A stretch of DNA of 64,000 bases from Rhodosorus marinus CCMP1338 (GCA_029953675.1 JAMWBK010000007.1:372001-436000); one strand, 5' to 3'. Shown: positions 1-13,163, numbered from the stretch's first letter. Program-made: numbers and translations. Notes: generated by a model not told the origin, from the sequence alone.

Positions 1-376
1 TTTAGCGGGATGATGATAGAGCAGCCATACGCAGTGGCGAGCACTTACAATTGTCCATGATTTCTCGAATCTGGACGACATTAACACCACCTTCGATCGC
101 CGCGGCAATCATCTTCAAGGTGGTTGGCATGTCATTTATTGCATACTGAGGCAACACGAACATGAAAGTCGGCATTGGGAGCTTATTCCTTTCCCGTTCG
201 ACAATCGACGTAGACTCATCATCAACTGTAGCTTCAACACACGCCCTGACAGGCCTACTTCGAGAAATCCTCACATTCCCATATCTCCCTCCATGTGATC
301 GCCTACTCCTGACCAGTCCAATCCCCCTCAAGCGACCATCCCTCACCACCAACCCTTGTCCCACAAATCCTACCAT
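1..376 (-). CDS. thiE: Thiamine-phosphate synthase (TMP-TenI) family protein with plastid transit peptide, 5' part (runs off window start)
   Basis: ORF 2..451; likely start MVGFVGQG.. at 376; the segment MFVLPQYA..IAAAIEGGVNVVQIRE matches the ThiE beta1/beta2 pattern (A.l.gGv..vQlRE). Confidence 0.7.
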
Positions 377-784
377 CCTCCCCGCCCCCGGCAAAAAAAC
401 ACCAAAAAAACACCAAACGAAACACACACACAAAACACCCACGCTCCCCAAAAAATCTCAGAGCTCTCACTCCCTCAAGAGCAGACCTACTCCCCCAACA
501 AAACCCCCCCACACACAAAAATTACCACACTCAAATCCTCCTCCCACCCCGCGCACCCAAAATCCCCGACGGAACAATCTCCCCCCGCGCCCCCCCCAAA
601 AAAAATACCTTCAGCTTTTATATACAAAAACAACAACACCCGTCCCTAGTTTTAGTTTAGTTCAAAACTATACACACTCACTCACACACACACACACACA
701 CAAGACCTCCTTCCTTACCGCCTTTAATAACCGTCTCATCCTCCCCCAATCCTTCCCCAATCTTTCCTATAACACCTCCGCCGT

Positions 785-839
785 TCCCTTTTCCATCAAA
801 AAATCCGTTCCAAAAAAAAAAGCTCTCCGTCTCACTGTT

Positions 840-888
<49 letters not shown>

Positions 889-1060
889 CTCACGCTCTCT
901 CTCTGTCTCTGTTTCCACCTCCACCTTTCCCTTTTCCATCAAAATCCGTTCCATAAAAGCTCTCCGTCTCTTACTCTTCTCTTCTCTCTATCTCCCTATC
1001 TCTCTCTCTCTCTCCCTCTCTCTCTCTCTCTCTATCTCTCTCGCTCTCTGTGTTTCCACC
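785..1060. repeat. Imperfect tandem duplication (~140 bp unit) containing (CT)n microsatellites
   Basis: CCTTTTCCATCAAAA..TCCGTTCCA..AAAAGCTCTCCGTCTC followed by a (CT)n tract and GTTTCCACC occurs twice, at about 785-918 and 926-1060. Confidence 0.8.
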
Positions 1061-1299
1061 CAAAAAAAAAAAATTCATTGTCCCAAATGCGACCAAAAAA
1101 AACAAAACAAAAAATCCCCCCGGCCTCTTCCAGAAAAACAAAACCAAAAATTAATCCGAATTGAAAATCCACGACCAGATGACCGAGAGATTTTTTTCTT
1201 CTATTAATTTAAAAAACGGCTTGCCTCGTCGTAAAAAGACTACCCTCATAAATAAAATAAAATAAACCATATTTCGATCATGGAGATCTATTTCTCACC

Positions 1300-1590
1300 T
1301 TTTACACCAATAAAAATCGTTGACTTGTTAATTTCTACTATAAAGAATTTTATTGGTGTAATCTAAAAAATACTCTCCAATAATAGAGTAGAGTTTGTGG
1401 TATTAGGCAATAAGCGCCTATATACCAATAGATCACTTATACGTACGTAATTAACAAAAATAGTCCAATAAATAATCTTAACACTTGTAAATAGTGTTTT
1501 GAAGGTATTATTATGATTATTATCCAATAAAATATGGAAATTTGATCTAAGTTACCAATCAGTGGATTCAACGGAAGGCAATTGGTATTG
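1300..1590. promoter_or_regulatory. AT-rich divergent promoter island with 8 CCAAT/ATTGG boxes
   Basis: CCAAT at 1307, 1377, 1425, 1465, 1524 and 1555; ATTGG at 1352 and 1581. Lies between the divergently oriented thiE-like and phosphatase genes. Confidence 0.6.
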
Positions 1591-2389
1591 TTTTTTAATT
1601 TAGTTCTGGATTAAAAAAATGGTCTTATGAAAAAGGTCAATGGGTTTCGTGAGGGTTTTCGTGAAGTTCGGTGGGAAAAAGAGATCTTTCAGATCAGTAT
1701 ATATAGTTTGGAGAGGGAAGTGGAAGCTGGTGGGGAGGTGTGTGGGAGGTGACGGAGGGGGCTTGCGGGGTTGTAGAGGGAGGAAGGAGGGCATTGGTGA
1801 GGTGGATAAAGTGTTTGAGAGAAAGATGGACCTGTTGTAGGAGCTTTTTGGTGGATTAGTTATTGTTGGTGGGAGGTGGATGGTGGTTGTTGGTGGGGTG
1901 GTGCTCAGCCTTCTTCTCCGGGTGGAGATGTGGATGTGGGTCTTCTAGTGTTTGTTTTTTTTAACTTGTGGGGGGGGTTGCTACTAGGAGGGGTTGAGAA
2001 GGCAAGAGGGCATGCTGTGAGAGCTGGTTGATTTGCGTTTGTGTTTGTATTCCCCCTGTCTGTTGGAGGTTTTTGAAGTGTGGTTTTTTTGTGGGCCCAG
2101 GGTATTTTTGAAGCAAGGTTTGGGGTGTTGAAGTGGGTCAACTAGTCATTTAGTTGGATCCTTAACTTAGGCTTGGTTTAGCAGAGCAAGGCCGTTTGAA
2201 GGAGTGGCTCGGCGTGGGGGAATCTCTGCTCTCAGGGATCGTTGAGTTATTTGCCTCTTCTTCAGCCATCTTGGTCGTGGAAGTGTGGGAAAGTGAGGCT
2301 CGTCGCGATGGCAATTCGAGAGTGGTGAGGCTTTCTGAGGCGGAACGGGGGAAGGATTTGGAGGTGTTGGCTTGAAAGAAGAGAAGAAA

Positions 2390-4186
2390 ATGGCGTTTGT
2401 GAACGGGGCTGACTTGGGAGGTCTGCGAATATCAGGATGCGCCTCCGGGGTCCGCTGTGCCGTATCTGCTCGCTGGACCGTAAGAATGCACGCAACAGTT
2501 GGAAAAAAGCCCGGAGATGAGCTGTGGGAGTACTCTCGCTACGTGGAACGGCTTCGGGAGGATTTTGAGAAGAACGAGGCGTATAAATTGGATGCGACGC
2601 TAAATGCCCCTCTGTCACTTGAGCACGAAGCGGAGAGTTTTCTTCGATCGAAACATGATGCCACTGCAGAGGAGTATCTCCAGAACCTCAAGTTTGAAGC
2701 GCTTCGGTTTCTGGTGGATGAGCTTAACTTCATTATTAACTTGGAATCGCAAACTGCCCACAGCGATGAGAATGTCAACAAGACCCAGGCAGAGTTGGAA
2801 AAGTACAGTCACGACCTTCGCAATAGAAAGGAGGACATCGGAACCATCAAAATGGTACGTAAGGGGACTACTAGAGTTCAGAGCGGTTTGTGGGCACGCC
2901 TCTGAGGGTGAGCGGGCGAACGTGCCTTGAATGCGTCGGACTGAACGTCGTTTTGCCCACTTTTGAAAGGAAATGCGCCGGCTTTTATGGGAGCTACGCC
3001 AAGGGTTGGAACCTCACAATCCGTCTGCGAGCATTCGAAATGCTCTTGAGGATGCCAGAAATGGTCTGCTTGACATGACTTTTGAGGATAACAGCACGGA
3101 GGAGGACAAGGACCAGGTTCAGCGGAGTAGCATGCTGCGGTACGCTCTCAACGAAACCGTACAGAGGTGTGAGCTCCGCAGTATCCGAATTCTGCTGCGC
3201 GAGGTGGACTTCACTGTCAAACTGTTCTGCAAGGCTTTGATCGATTCGAATAAGGAAGTTAGCAGTTCGTTCTTTCGCATTGGGGAAGCGGCAAGCAACT
3301 TGAGAATTCACGGGGGTAGGGTGGATGGAAAGCGGCGAATGCTGGCTGCTGTTGAGGGGTTTTCGAGGTGTATGTACGATCATGCAGAAGATTACCCCCT
3401 CGTGGTTCAGCGACCTATGGAGAACTTGCGCACTGGTACGTGGTCCGGGATTCCTGAGGAGAACTGATTTCCTTTGCTGCCCTTTTTCTGAGTAGCTAGC
3501 TGAAGCCTTTCTTGCGGTTCAAATGCAGCGCTTGTGAATGCCATTGAGGGAGATAACCCGCAGGAAAGACGGCTTCTTGGGGAGAGTATGTCCCTCCACC
3601 CAAGGATTCAGGACATCCCAAACTTTGAAAGGGTGACTGAACACCTCCTGCGCGGAGGCCAACCAACAACGAAGGGAAAGAAGTGGTTGGACGACTATGG
3701 AGTTCGAGCAGCTGTTGACCTTCGTGGATCGGATAAGAGCAACCAGTGGACTGCGGCAGATTCATGGGGGCCAATCAAACTCTACAACATCGAGATTGAG
3801 GACTTTGAGGCACCGACTATGGAGCAAGTGAGCACAAGCATCCCAGTACCACCTGTCGTGTTCTCTGAGCGCGATTGTCGTAGACGGCGAGATGCAGTCG
3901 CAGCTGACATGAAAAGCGTTACTTCTTTTGTGTTTGTGTTTTTTGGTTTCAGGTTCTTCAATTTGTAGAGCTGACAAATGATCCCGACTGCCTACCGCTA
4001 TTCGTTCACTGCAAAGCTGGTGTGGGAAGAACAGGGACAATCATCGCTTGCTGGCGGGTGAGCACTGGGGAAACTGTGGAGGAAGCTCTTCGCAAGGAGA
4101 AGCTCTACAGTGCTGATGGGGGAGGTCTCCATCAGGAACAGTTCGTCAGGAAGTTCGCCCGAACGTGGGAATTGCGCTACATTTGA
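2390..4186 (+). CDS. Plastid-targeted protein tyrosine/dual-specificity phosphatase with long helical N-terminal region (4 exons)
   Basis: Start MAFVNG (transit-peptide-like); introns about 2855-2969, 3439-3528 and 3828-3951. The spliced product contains NFERVTEHLLRGGQP..VDLR and the CX5R catalytic loop HCKAGVGRTG; stop TGA at 4184-4186. Confidence 0.85.
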
Positions 4187-6342
4187 CATGCCCTTCCAAC
4201 TCAACTTATTGTATATGTATAAGTATTTTGAATCCCAGACTACGAGAGCCATCCCCACGGCCTATATATCTGCCTATTGTGTTCGCACACACTTGTATAT
4301 GTCCCCGTGTTTGTAACTGCTTTATATCCTAAAAGCGTCGAACAAGGTCGTTTGACATCATCCCAGCAGGAGGGAAAAGCAAGGCAGTACTTTTTGAACC
4401 GTTCAGCTCGTTTGCTCATGTGGCGGCTTTCTACAGCCTGTGTGCGCACATCCAGGGACTCAAGATTTTACCAGTCTTCCAGGTTTATGTACTTGTGATG
4501 GTACTGTAAAACGAGCTGCGGGCTCCTGGTGGAATGAAACAGATAACACATCTCGATCGCACCGCAAACTCTAGATCCCTTATCTGCAATTTCGGTAGTT
4601 GCTAGGAGTGAAAGGACTTTTGTATTTAGATCCAAGCGTTTTAGATCCCACGAAACAAGCACAACTGTTTCAACGAGTACCGCCATTCTGGAGGACTGAA
4701 ACTGGCATCAGATTGCAAAGGCAAGCCTGCGCTCTCTCCATCCGATACCAGCCTGTTTCTACTCTTGAAACTGTCGAAACCCTGGCGTAACCAGAAGGCA
4801 ACAGTGACGATAGGCTCCAGTTGACAACACTCTGCTATCAGCCCAGCTTGAACGCGTGTACTATGTGTGCGGGGAATGACTTACAGAGACACTCGTGCGT
4901 TTCACGGCGAAGCTGAACTTGCTAGTGGCGTGGATCGAGGACCCGGTGGCGGAACGAGCTTTTCGGTCGCTTGCGGCCATCGATTTCAGCGAGTCAGATT
5001 CCTGCAAAGGACGACTGAGAACAATGCTACGCCGGTGGCGAAAGTTCTGATTCGCTACGCCATCACGCTGACCGTACTGATCCTCGAACAGACAGTTAAG
5101 GATGAGAAGGGGACGAGCTGAAGGCACGCCTAAGATCCTCTCTTAACAGTCTGTCCGCGGAGAAGGCATCGATCTACGTCGTTCCCCGTGAAGACATGTT
5201 TCCAAGCAGCTCATCAACAAAAGCGCAACATCAGAAGCCCGGAGGCAGATACTTTCACGAGAGGCCCAACCATTGGATACTTCCATTAAAAATCTTTTCC
5301 ACCTTCAAACGTTCTCATAAATAATTGGTCAAAAAAGACTGAATATCCTCTATTAAAAATAACTTATAATTTCGGCTCTTCAAAGTTCGATACGAGAAAA
5401 ACAAGGGGGTGGTAAAGTTTTTCAGATAAGCATTTCCAACTGAATTGAAACACAATTCACACCTGTACAAAATAGACTTAAAATACACGAATATATCAAC
5501 TATTTTACATAAATACAATAATTACCGCCCATTGCACTAAAACTATAGAGGGGGATACCCAACTCCTTCATGCGCACCAAGAAAACATCTATACATAAAA
5601 AAAAAACCCCTCCAATCTTTTTCCTAAACCCCAAAATTTAATATTTTATCAATCTACAATCAGTTAACCAATAATGATTGAGCACATCGCCGCGAGATTT
5701 TCTATCGTACGAAATTTCATCTCCATATATGATCAAACTAACCATTCATTCGTCAATATTTATTGTATAAGGATTTAAATATTGCCGAAGTCGTTTTTTA
5801 AATGTATATATTTATTTTTTTGCATTAAGTATTTTAAAAGTAGTTTTTCTGGCCTCAATGGGGAAATAAAATTTTTTTTTTGGGTACTGAAGAAGAAGAA
5901 GTTGTCTTAAGGCGGTTTTTGTTTTGGAGTCGTTAGCGGAACGATCTCTTCTGCTCCATTGCTTTCTCCCTCTTGAAGACGCAATGGATTTATGAGGTGG
6001 GAAGAGGACTTTTTTCTTTTTAGGGGGAGGGGATGGTAGTTGAGGAGTAGATGGATGGAGAGGAGGAGGAAGAAGAGGATTAGAGGAAGAAGAGAAGGCT
6101 ATTTTGATTTCTACTGGTTGGGATTGGAGTGTGTTTTCGGGGGAGGAGAGATTTAGGTGTGTGGGGCCGGGCGGTGAATACTTGGGAGGGGAGAAGCTAC
6201 TTTATAACTTGTTTAGAGGGTTGCAAGGAGGGGTGTTTCGGGTTGTCGTGGAGTCGGATAGGGAAAGAGCTGAGTTTGAACTGGTAGAGAAGATGCTTTT
6301 GAGCTGGGTGGGGGTCTAGGTTGTAGATTTCGCTGGTTGAAG

Positions 6343-7754
6343 ATGGACGGGCTGGCCTTTGTTGGGTCGGGTAGCTCAGCATGGACCGGGGGGTTGAGGT
6401 ATCGGAGGAGCGTTATGAGCTCGAGGCCGAATGGGAGCTTTGTTTCGTCAGGGAGGTCGGTTGCTCCGGTGAGGCGGAGGGAGGAGGTGAAGTGCTCTGT
6501 TGCTGGGACGATGATTAACGCCGGGAGCAGCTTGGCTGGGTTGGCGGTTTTGGCGCTCACTATCTTGGTACACGAGGCTGGGCATTATCTCGCTGCGAGG
6601 TCGACGGGTATCGAGGTTGACAATTTTTCGGTTGGTTTTGGCCCGGCGCTTTGGAACTTTACGCCGAAAGGTTCGCAGACGAAGTTCACGCTGAGAGCGA
6701 TCCCACTGGGCGGATTCGTATCTTTTCCGCCGAAGACATGGGAAGACCCGGAAACTGGAGAGACGGTGGAAAGCGATAACCCGAATTTGCTGCAGAATAG
6801 ACCGGTCTCAGATAGAGTTCTCGTCGTTTCTGCTGGCGTCATTGCGAACATAATGCTGGCGTGGGCCTCACTATTTGTTAGCGTGAGTGCTTTTGGCGTT
6901 CCGACACTGGAGTACAGATCAGGAGTCGTGGTTACACAAGTGCTGGGTCCAGAGAGCTACGGTGCTAAATCAGGTATTTTACCTGGAGACGTTATTTTGT
7001 CCATAGATGGAACGGCCGTCCAAGGCGGTCCTAGCTCTGCCGGGGACGTTGCCAGTACGATAAGGACCAGTGAAGGTCGCACTATCATGATGGAGATGCA
7101 GCGCGGGGATGAAGTTGTAAATTTGGACGTAAGTATAAGCGCAGACTGAGACGGAGAAGAAGAATCAGTAGAAAACAAGCAATAGCGCCTAAGTACATCC
7201 CTTCTATTTCACCCTTTTTCTTATTGGGGGCGAAACAGGTGAAACCAAAATGTTGCTCTCCAACTGGGGAATCGCTGCTGGGCGTTCAGCTCCAGCCGAG
7301 AGCTGACATGTTCCGACTGAAAACTACTGATCTAGATAAGACGTTCAGAGTAACCGCTGGGGAATTCATTAGAGTGACGAATAGGACCACAACGGGCTTG
7401 AAGGAGATCGTTACCAACTTTGGTGAGAACGCGAAGAATGTGTCCGGACCAATTGGAGTCGTGTCCATGGGGGCCGACCTTGCAAGGAACGATCAGGCCT
7501 CTCTTCTGGCCTTTTGCGCTGCAATCTCAATGAACTTGGCAATTGTAAACTCGCTGCCGCTGCCTGCTCTGGATGGAGGCCAAATGGTGTTCCTCATTGC
7601 CGAGGCGGTTAAGGGATCCCCTGTATCCACCAGATGGCAAGAAGCTGTGAATAGGACCGCGCTGTTGATGTTCTTGACGTTCAGTGGTTTTCTGCTGTTC
7701 GGTGACATTGCCAAGCTCAACCTGATGAAGTCGTTGCAACAGCTCTTCGGTTAA
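6343..7754 (+). CDS. rseP: Plastid site-2 protease, RseP/ARASP-like M50 zinc metalloprotease with PDZ domain (2 exons)
   Basis: HEAGH zinc motif, FSVGFGP, RAIPLGGFV, PDZ-like GILPGDVILSIDG, and NSLPLPALDGGQ (LDG motif); intron 7129-7238. Confidence 0.93.
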
Positions 7755-8421
7755 CTTTTTTTTTTTCTGCGGTGGCGGGGCCGGTGAGAGGGGGGGGGAA
7801 GGCATATGCTCATAGAGTTCGTGTGTTTTAGATCACTACGACAGCCAGAAAGAAAATTTTTAGTATATAGAACTGTGTGTGTTTTTTAGACGCGGGAAGG
7901 AAAGAGAACGAAAGAACAAACCAAAATCCATGCTCTTGTCCTTTTGGCCGGTAAGCGGAACAGAGGTTCCTCTTAACCCAAATCCACGGGTTGCGGGAGT
8001 CTCACAGCCTGGACATGCGTTAGTGTTCGCTTGAGTGACGCGACTTATCACAGATTGAAGAGAACATGTTCCGGCTTCTTTATAGTACTTAACAGCATAC
8101 ACCAGAAAGCAAGAGGAAACAGGCAATGAAGGCTTAACTCAAAAGGAAACGATTGTCCGCTAAGGGTGAAAAGAAAAACATTGTTTCTGGTCTCTTGGTC
8201 CCCCTTATCATAGCCGAAACACTTCCCAAAACTTCATACCGGAGTTTGGATGTGGGGTAGCGGAGTCTCTCCATCCCAACCGCCCAACTTTTCACCCCCG
8301 ACGAAGGAGATGAAGTTGGATGTTCGGGATGGTTGGGAACCGCCGAAGGAAGCAATACGAGTCTTTTTTGTGTTGAAGTGGATGACAATGAGTGTCGTTG
8401 TACGTATAATTAGAGACTGAA

Positions 8422-8898
8422 ATGGTGTCAGAGAAATCTGCCAACCTGGAGAGGCATCGGAGAAGGTTGGCGAAGAAGTATGACATTGTTGAGAAGGCAT
8501 TCGACGGCGGTGGGTCGTCCTCATCATCCTCCAGGGTTGCTGCTGTTGCGAGTGAGTATGGAGTAAACCGTACGCTGATCTACAAATGGAGAAACGAGCT
8601 TCAGGAAGATGGAAAACTGAGGAAATCTCGACGTTTTAATAAACCACACCCGAGGAGGCAGAAGTACTCGAAGGAGTACCACCTCCTGAAGGAGTTTTAC
8701 GAGAACAGAAGGAGCTTGAAGATTGGAATCACCCACAAGGAGCTTTGCTCGGCCCTGAAGGAAGGATTTCCAGAGTACCTTGCCCCGGAACGACAGAGTG
8801 CTTATCGATATATCATCAAGGCATTTTGTCAGAAGAACAAGATTGTGCTACGAAGCAAATCGTACGAGTTGCCAGCGCAGAGTCAACTGGGAAGTTAG
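8422..8898 (+). mobile_element. pogo/Tc5 (CENP-B-type) transposase-derived double-HTH ORF; no DDE domain recognised
   Basis: VAAVASEYGVNRTLIYKWR (psq-like HTH) followed by EFYENRR..GITHKEL..FCQKNKIVLR (CENP-B/Tc5 HTH-like). Downstream frames are broken by stops and no TIRs were seen. Confidence 0.55.
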
Positions 8899-9482
8899 CA
8901 AGAACCGAGCAAAAGCGTTCGTGTCAACCATCCTCGCACGCTGCAGATAGTTGCGAAGAGAGCCGCTTGAAACCTCCTGGAAAACCCTGATTGAATGGCT
9001 GCTAGTGCAGACTCTTAGCTTGGCCACAGAACGAGACATCCTCTTCGAAGCCGGAAGAAGAAGAGGAAGTTCTGTCCTCCATAAAAACAGCAAAATTCAT
9101 TGGATTGCGAGCTACGTGATCGTTCAGCTTGGGAACAGGACGCAGAATTCCGGTCCCACTCAAAGAGCTCAAAAGAAAACGTTGCCGGGAACTGAGTCAT
9201 TGACTTTTGGGGTCGAGGGATGTCGCAGATGTGCGAACCACCAGACCGCCAAGTGAATGAACGGACTTGACCGTAGTAGCACAGTCGACTTGCGCAAGGC
9301 TCAAACCGATATGGAAAGAGGATCTGGGATTTGATCCTATTGCATTTGAGTTGGTCAGCATTGTTGCCAAGGGAGTGGTTCTATGGTTTGCTCCTGACGG
9401 TGCTGTTCCACCGGACTGGAGATAAGAATTGTTGTTCGCGGCGCTTGTTGTTGATTTACAATCCTGACGATCGCCCCCTCCC

Positions 9483-11617
9483 CTATCTGCTCGGGTGCTG
9501 CGTCATGAGGGTGGACCGGCTATCATCAAAGAGGTCTACGGTGTCGTCGCCTGCAAAAGGTGATATTGGCACATGGGTAGAATTATAAGGTTCAGGTTCT
9601 GCCCTGGATGAAAAGCCTCCCCCGCCTGCGGAAGAAGATCTCCGAGTGGTTGTCATCAGCGGTGTCGCAAAGAGCTTTCGTCTTGGGGTTTCTGCAATCG
9701 CCTCAGGGGAAGGGGTAGCCAAGCACTGAGAATGTCGACTGAGCAGGTTACGGACTTCGGTTGACACAAGCACTCTGGGTGTGCTGCTCAACAGGTTCCG
9801 CTTCAAGGACGGCGACATTGAGGGCAGCCCCTTGACGTCCTTGAAACTCTTGTACGCTGATAACTTGGACACTACAGAAAAGGTGAAAGAAACAAGAAAC
9901 GGTCGTTGGGTTTGAGAAGCATAAAAAACGGCAGACGTGGTTGGCGTCTTGCCTACCCTGCCGATTTGTGTTCGGAGAAGCCTTTTGCGCCCGACGCGCG
10001 GAAAATTCCGTTTTCTCACGGCCTGTGTCAGTCCGACGCGAGATCGCATCCCTCGCTGATGCTTCCAATGAATCCGGAGCAGTCTGAGGATCCACATGTT
10101 CTTCATGTGCTCGGGGTTCCGCTCCGCAAGACCCGCGCGTTGACGGGTCTGCCAGAGCACCGCGATTCTCCTTATAAGGCATCACTCCCGATTCGCATTC
10201 CGGAGTCGACGAGATCAGGTCCGATTGTTTATCCCCCAGTAGGGGTTCCTCTTGGGGGGATCTAAAGATGTTCGAAATGTCGGCGAGAGTTTCCCCTTTG
10301 TCCTCATAGGAATACAGCTCAGACTCATATGCAGCGGCAGATGCGAGCAAATCTTCAAACTCATCGCCCCGCACGTTCGCGTCCAAAATCCCGTTAAAGT
10401 TCGAATCCACCTCAACCTTACGAGTTGCTTTTGACAGTTCGTGGTCGATGTTCCTCGAAAGAGTACGCATATCTGCTAGAGCACGCTCGAGAGCAGCAAC
10501 AATGTTTCTATGCTTCTCCAGTAGAGCTACGAGATCTCGTGAGATTCCATTGTCCACACTCGCGCCGGTCAAGAGCGCTTCCATGTTCCGAAGCGCCTCG
10601 TGTCGCTTCGTGATGAGTTCCGTGAGGGAATTTGAGCCATCTGTGAAGCGCCCTTCCAGGATACACGAATCGTCCGAGTCACTCAAGAAGGCAGCGACGA
10701 TGTTGCTGCTTTCTTTCATCCTCTCCTTAGCCGAGAACAAGCCTTGGAGTAGTTTGGATGCGCTCTCCTCTACATGCCTCATCTCATTGGCGGTTTCAGG
10801 TTCTACAGGACGAGGCCGCTCGTCATGCTCGAGAGCTTGAATCGAAGCATTTAGATTAGAGATTTTTTCTCCACGCCGAGCTTCAAGTTGCTCTGCCGCC
10901 GTGCGTACGCGTACATACTGTCTGCCCTGGGCAACGATCCTTGCCTTCAGCACTGTTGAGGACATTTCAGAGGTACGAACCGCATCACGAGTAACCGGTA
11001 TGGCAGATATCATCTCCGAAACGAGATCATCTATGTCGTATTCTCGTCCGAGAAAGCAGACAAGCGCGTGCGACGATAGAGGTAGGAGAACATCGACAAA
11101 CCGGGTCCCACCGAAGCTCTCCAGAAGGGACTTTCGCGATCCCCCCATGGGGAGCACTCTGGATCTTTCGAGTTCGACGAACTTTGCGTGAGCGAGCTTC
11201 AAGAAGTCCCTACGGGCAATGAACCATTTCAACCGATTAGAAATGTTCTGTCATAGCCAGTGCGTTTCTGGGAGGAAGGAAACCTTCACCTTTCTCGCGC
11301 TCTGTCCGTAACCGGCCAGCACCATTTGAACGCCTTCTCAGTCTCAACAGGTGAAATTCGGTAGAAAAGAAAGTGTAGAACTGGAAGTGCTGCTTTCTTG
11401 TTCCCAGTCTTATCGAAAATGTTCTGAAAAAATCCAAGGCAACGAGGCTTGAGCAGAACGGCCTCGACAAACCCGGGGAACTTTAGAAATCTGACAATTC
11501 CCTCACCTCTCGGAATGCAGTGCCATAGCGTTTGGACAACTTGACTGTATCAAAGCCCAGCAGCAGCAGGTTCTGGAACAGGAGACTACCGTCCGATAGG
11601 CGTTCTTCCAAGTCCAT
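9483..11617 (-). CDS. HAUS6: Augmin/HAUS complex subunit 6 (multi-exon)
   Basis: Spliced N-terminus MDLEERLSDGSLLFQNLLLLGFD..LHFLFYRISP..AFKWCWPVTDRARERDF..RKSLLESFGGTRFVDVLLPLSSHAL matches the HAUS6_N pattern, followed by coiled coil. The last exon is in the ORF 9483..10160 frame. Confidence 0.8.
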
Positions 11618-12489
11618 TCCTCAACTCATTTGACGCCTTCACAACAAATCCATCAGCACACACGTTCTGGTGCCATGTCACCGTAGGAGCAGCGCAGAAT
11701 TACTTTTTTACAGAGGATCCTCAGACAAGATAAGGCGATACGTTATTCATGTAGGTGCCTGTCCCCCCAATAGCTTCATCCTCACCAACCTGCTTACGCA
11801 ACCCGATCCAGAAGCGAATCCAGGAAATTTGCCAACCCCATTTTCTAACGCCATAAGAAATTCAAAATACAAAAAAGCCACCTAAAGGACACGTGGTATA
11901 ACATCATTAGATTAATTCACTAGACCATTTATGTCATAAATAATGCATTCTTTTCTACATAAAGATCAATCAGGCCCTGATACTTCTATAATTCAAACAA
12001 GAGCAACAAATATTTCCCTAAATAAGAAAACTATTTTACCAAAAGAATCATTTCGCAATAAAAATGATTCATGTATCTAGAAGAAACAAATGTATCAATC
12101 ATTATAGAAAATGGATCATCGCTGCTGAGGCAGATGAAAGCCTTCAGTCATTATAGTAGTCATTTTAGTTTTCGTCGGCGCCGACGGCCGGGTATGAATT
12201 TTTGGACAATTTAGAGACCCCGGAGAAGCTCGCTTGGGAGGTGACGATTTATTAGATCATGAGATCCGATTATATTGTATTTAATTATTAATAAAACAGA
12301 ATTGACTTTCAATGGCTATGTTTAAGTGTCATATGCTTGGGGAGGGTGTTGCTTCATTGAGGAAGTCGTTTTTAGGAAGAGTTAGGCAATTGGGGGAGGT
12401 GGCGAGAGAGACGGGATTGGATTGTCAGTGTTAAGAGTTGTTTGTGAGTATTTTAAGCGATTTTTTTTTTTGGTATAAGTTTAGGAACA

Positions 12490-13163
12490 ATGCCTGCCGC
12501 TTCGGAAGCCGCTTGTGTGTATGCTGCACTGATCCTGCACGACGATGGAGTCGAGATCTCGGTAAGTTCTGGCGCCCCCCTCGCTCTCGCTGACTGAGTT
12601 TGGTCTGGATAGAGAGAATTGCTTTGTGGGTTTGAGTGATTGTTGGGAGCGTTTTAGAGGAATTTTTCTTAGTTCTACTGCGTACTGCGTAGCGGTCTAG
12701 CAGTATGGGTTGAAGAGCTCGGCCTTGAACGAAGTTGCCGTTCCACCTTTTTGTTGGTTGTCCTCAAGCGCTTTTTGTGTGGGGATGTTGGTCTGTGGAG
12801 GTGGTGTGTTGGCTTGTTCGATTTCATGTAGCTTACCATTTCTTATTGTGTGCCTGCCCCTTTTTTTGTTGCTTTTAGAGCGACAACATCAACTCGCTTG
12901 TGAAGGCTGCGGGAGTTGAGGTTGAACCTTACTGGCCGTCGCTCTTCAGCAAGTTGCTGGAGAAGGTCACTGTCGGAGATCTGATCAGCGGAATGACCGC
13001 TGCTCCAGTCGTTGCTGCTGCTCCAGTAGCTGGCGCCCCAGCCGCAGCTGCCGCCGCCGGTGGAGGTGACGCACCTGCCGCTGCGGACGAAGCCGCGAAG
13101 GAGGAGGAGGAAGAAGATGAGGACATGGGAATGGACATGTTCGGTGGAGAAGATGACTATTAG
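12490..13163 (+). CDS. RPLP1: 60S acidic ribosomal protein P1 (2 exons)
   Basis: MPAASEAACVYAALILHDDGVEIS / SDNINSLVKAAGVEVEPYWPSLF.., Ala-rich hinge and acidic tail; intron 12562-12878. Confidence 0.95.

Noticed and set aside
162-956. 264-aa plus-strand ORF and similar Pro/Thr/His-rich ORFs (356..649, 46052..46444, 50696..51100)
   Set aside because: These are by-products of C/A-rich or G/T-rich low-complexity leaders and microsatellites, antisense to or upstream of real genes.
4300-5260. LRR/F-box-like fragments on the minus strand (LKQLCLF, LQIRDL, WDLKRLDL)
   Set aside because: They are scattered across frames with many stops; the similarity is too weak to call even a pseudogene.
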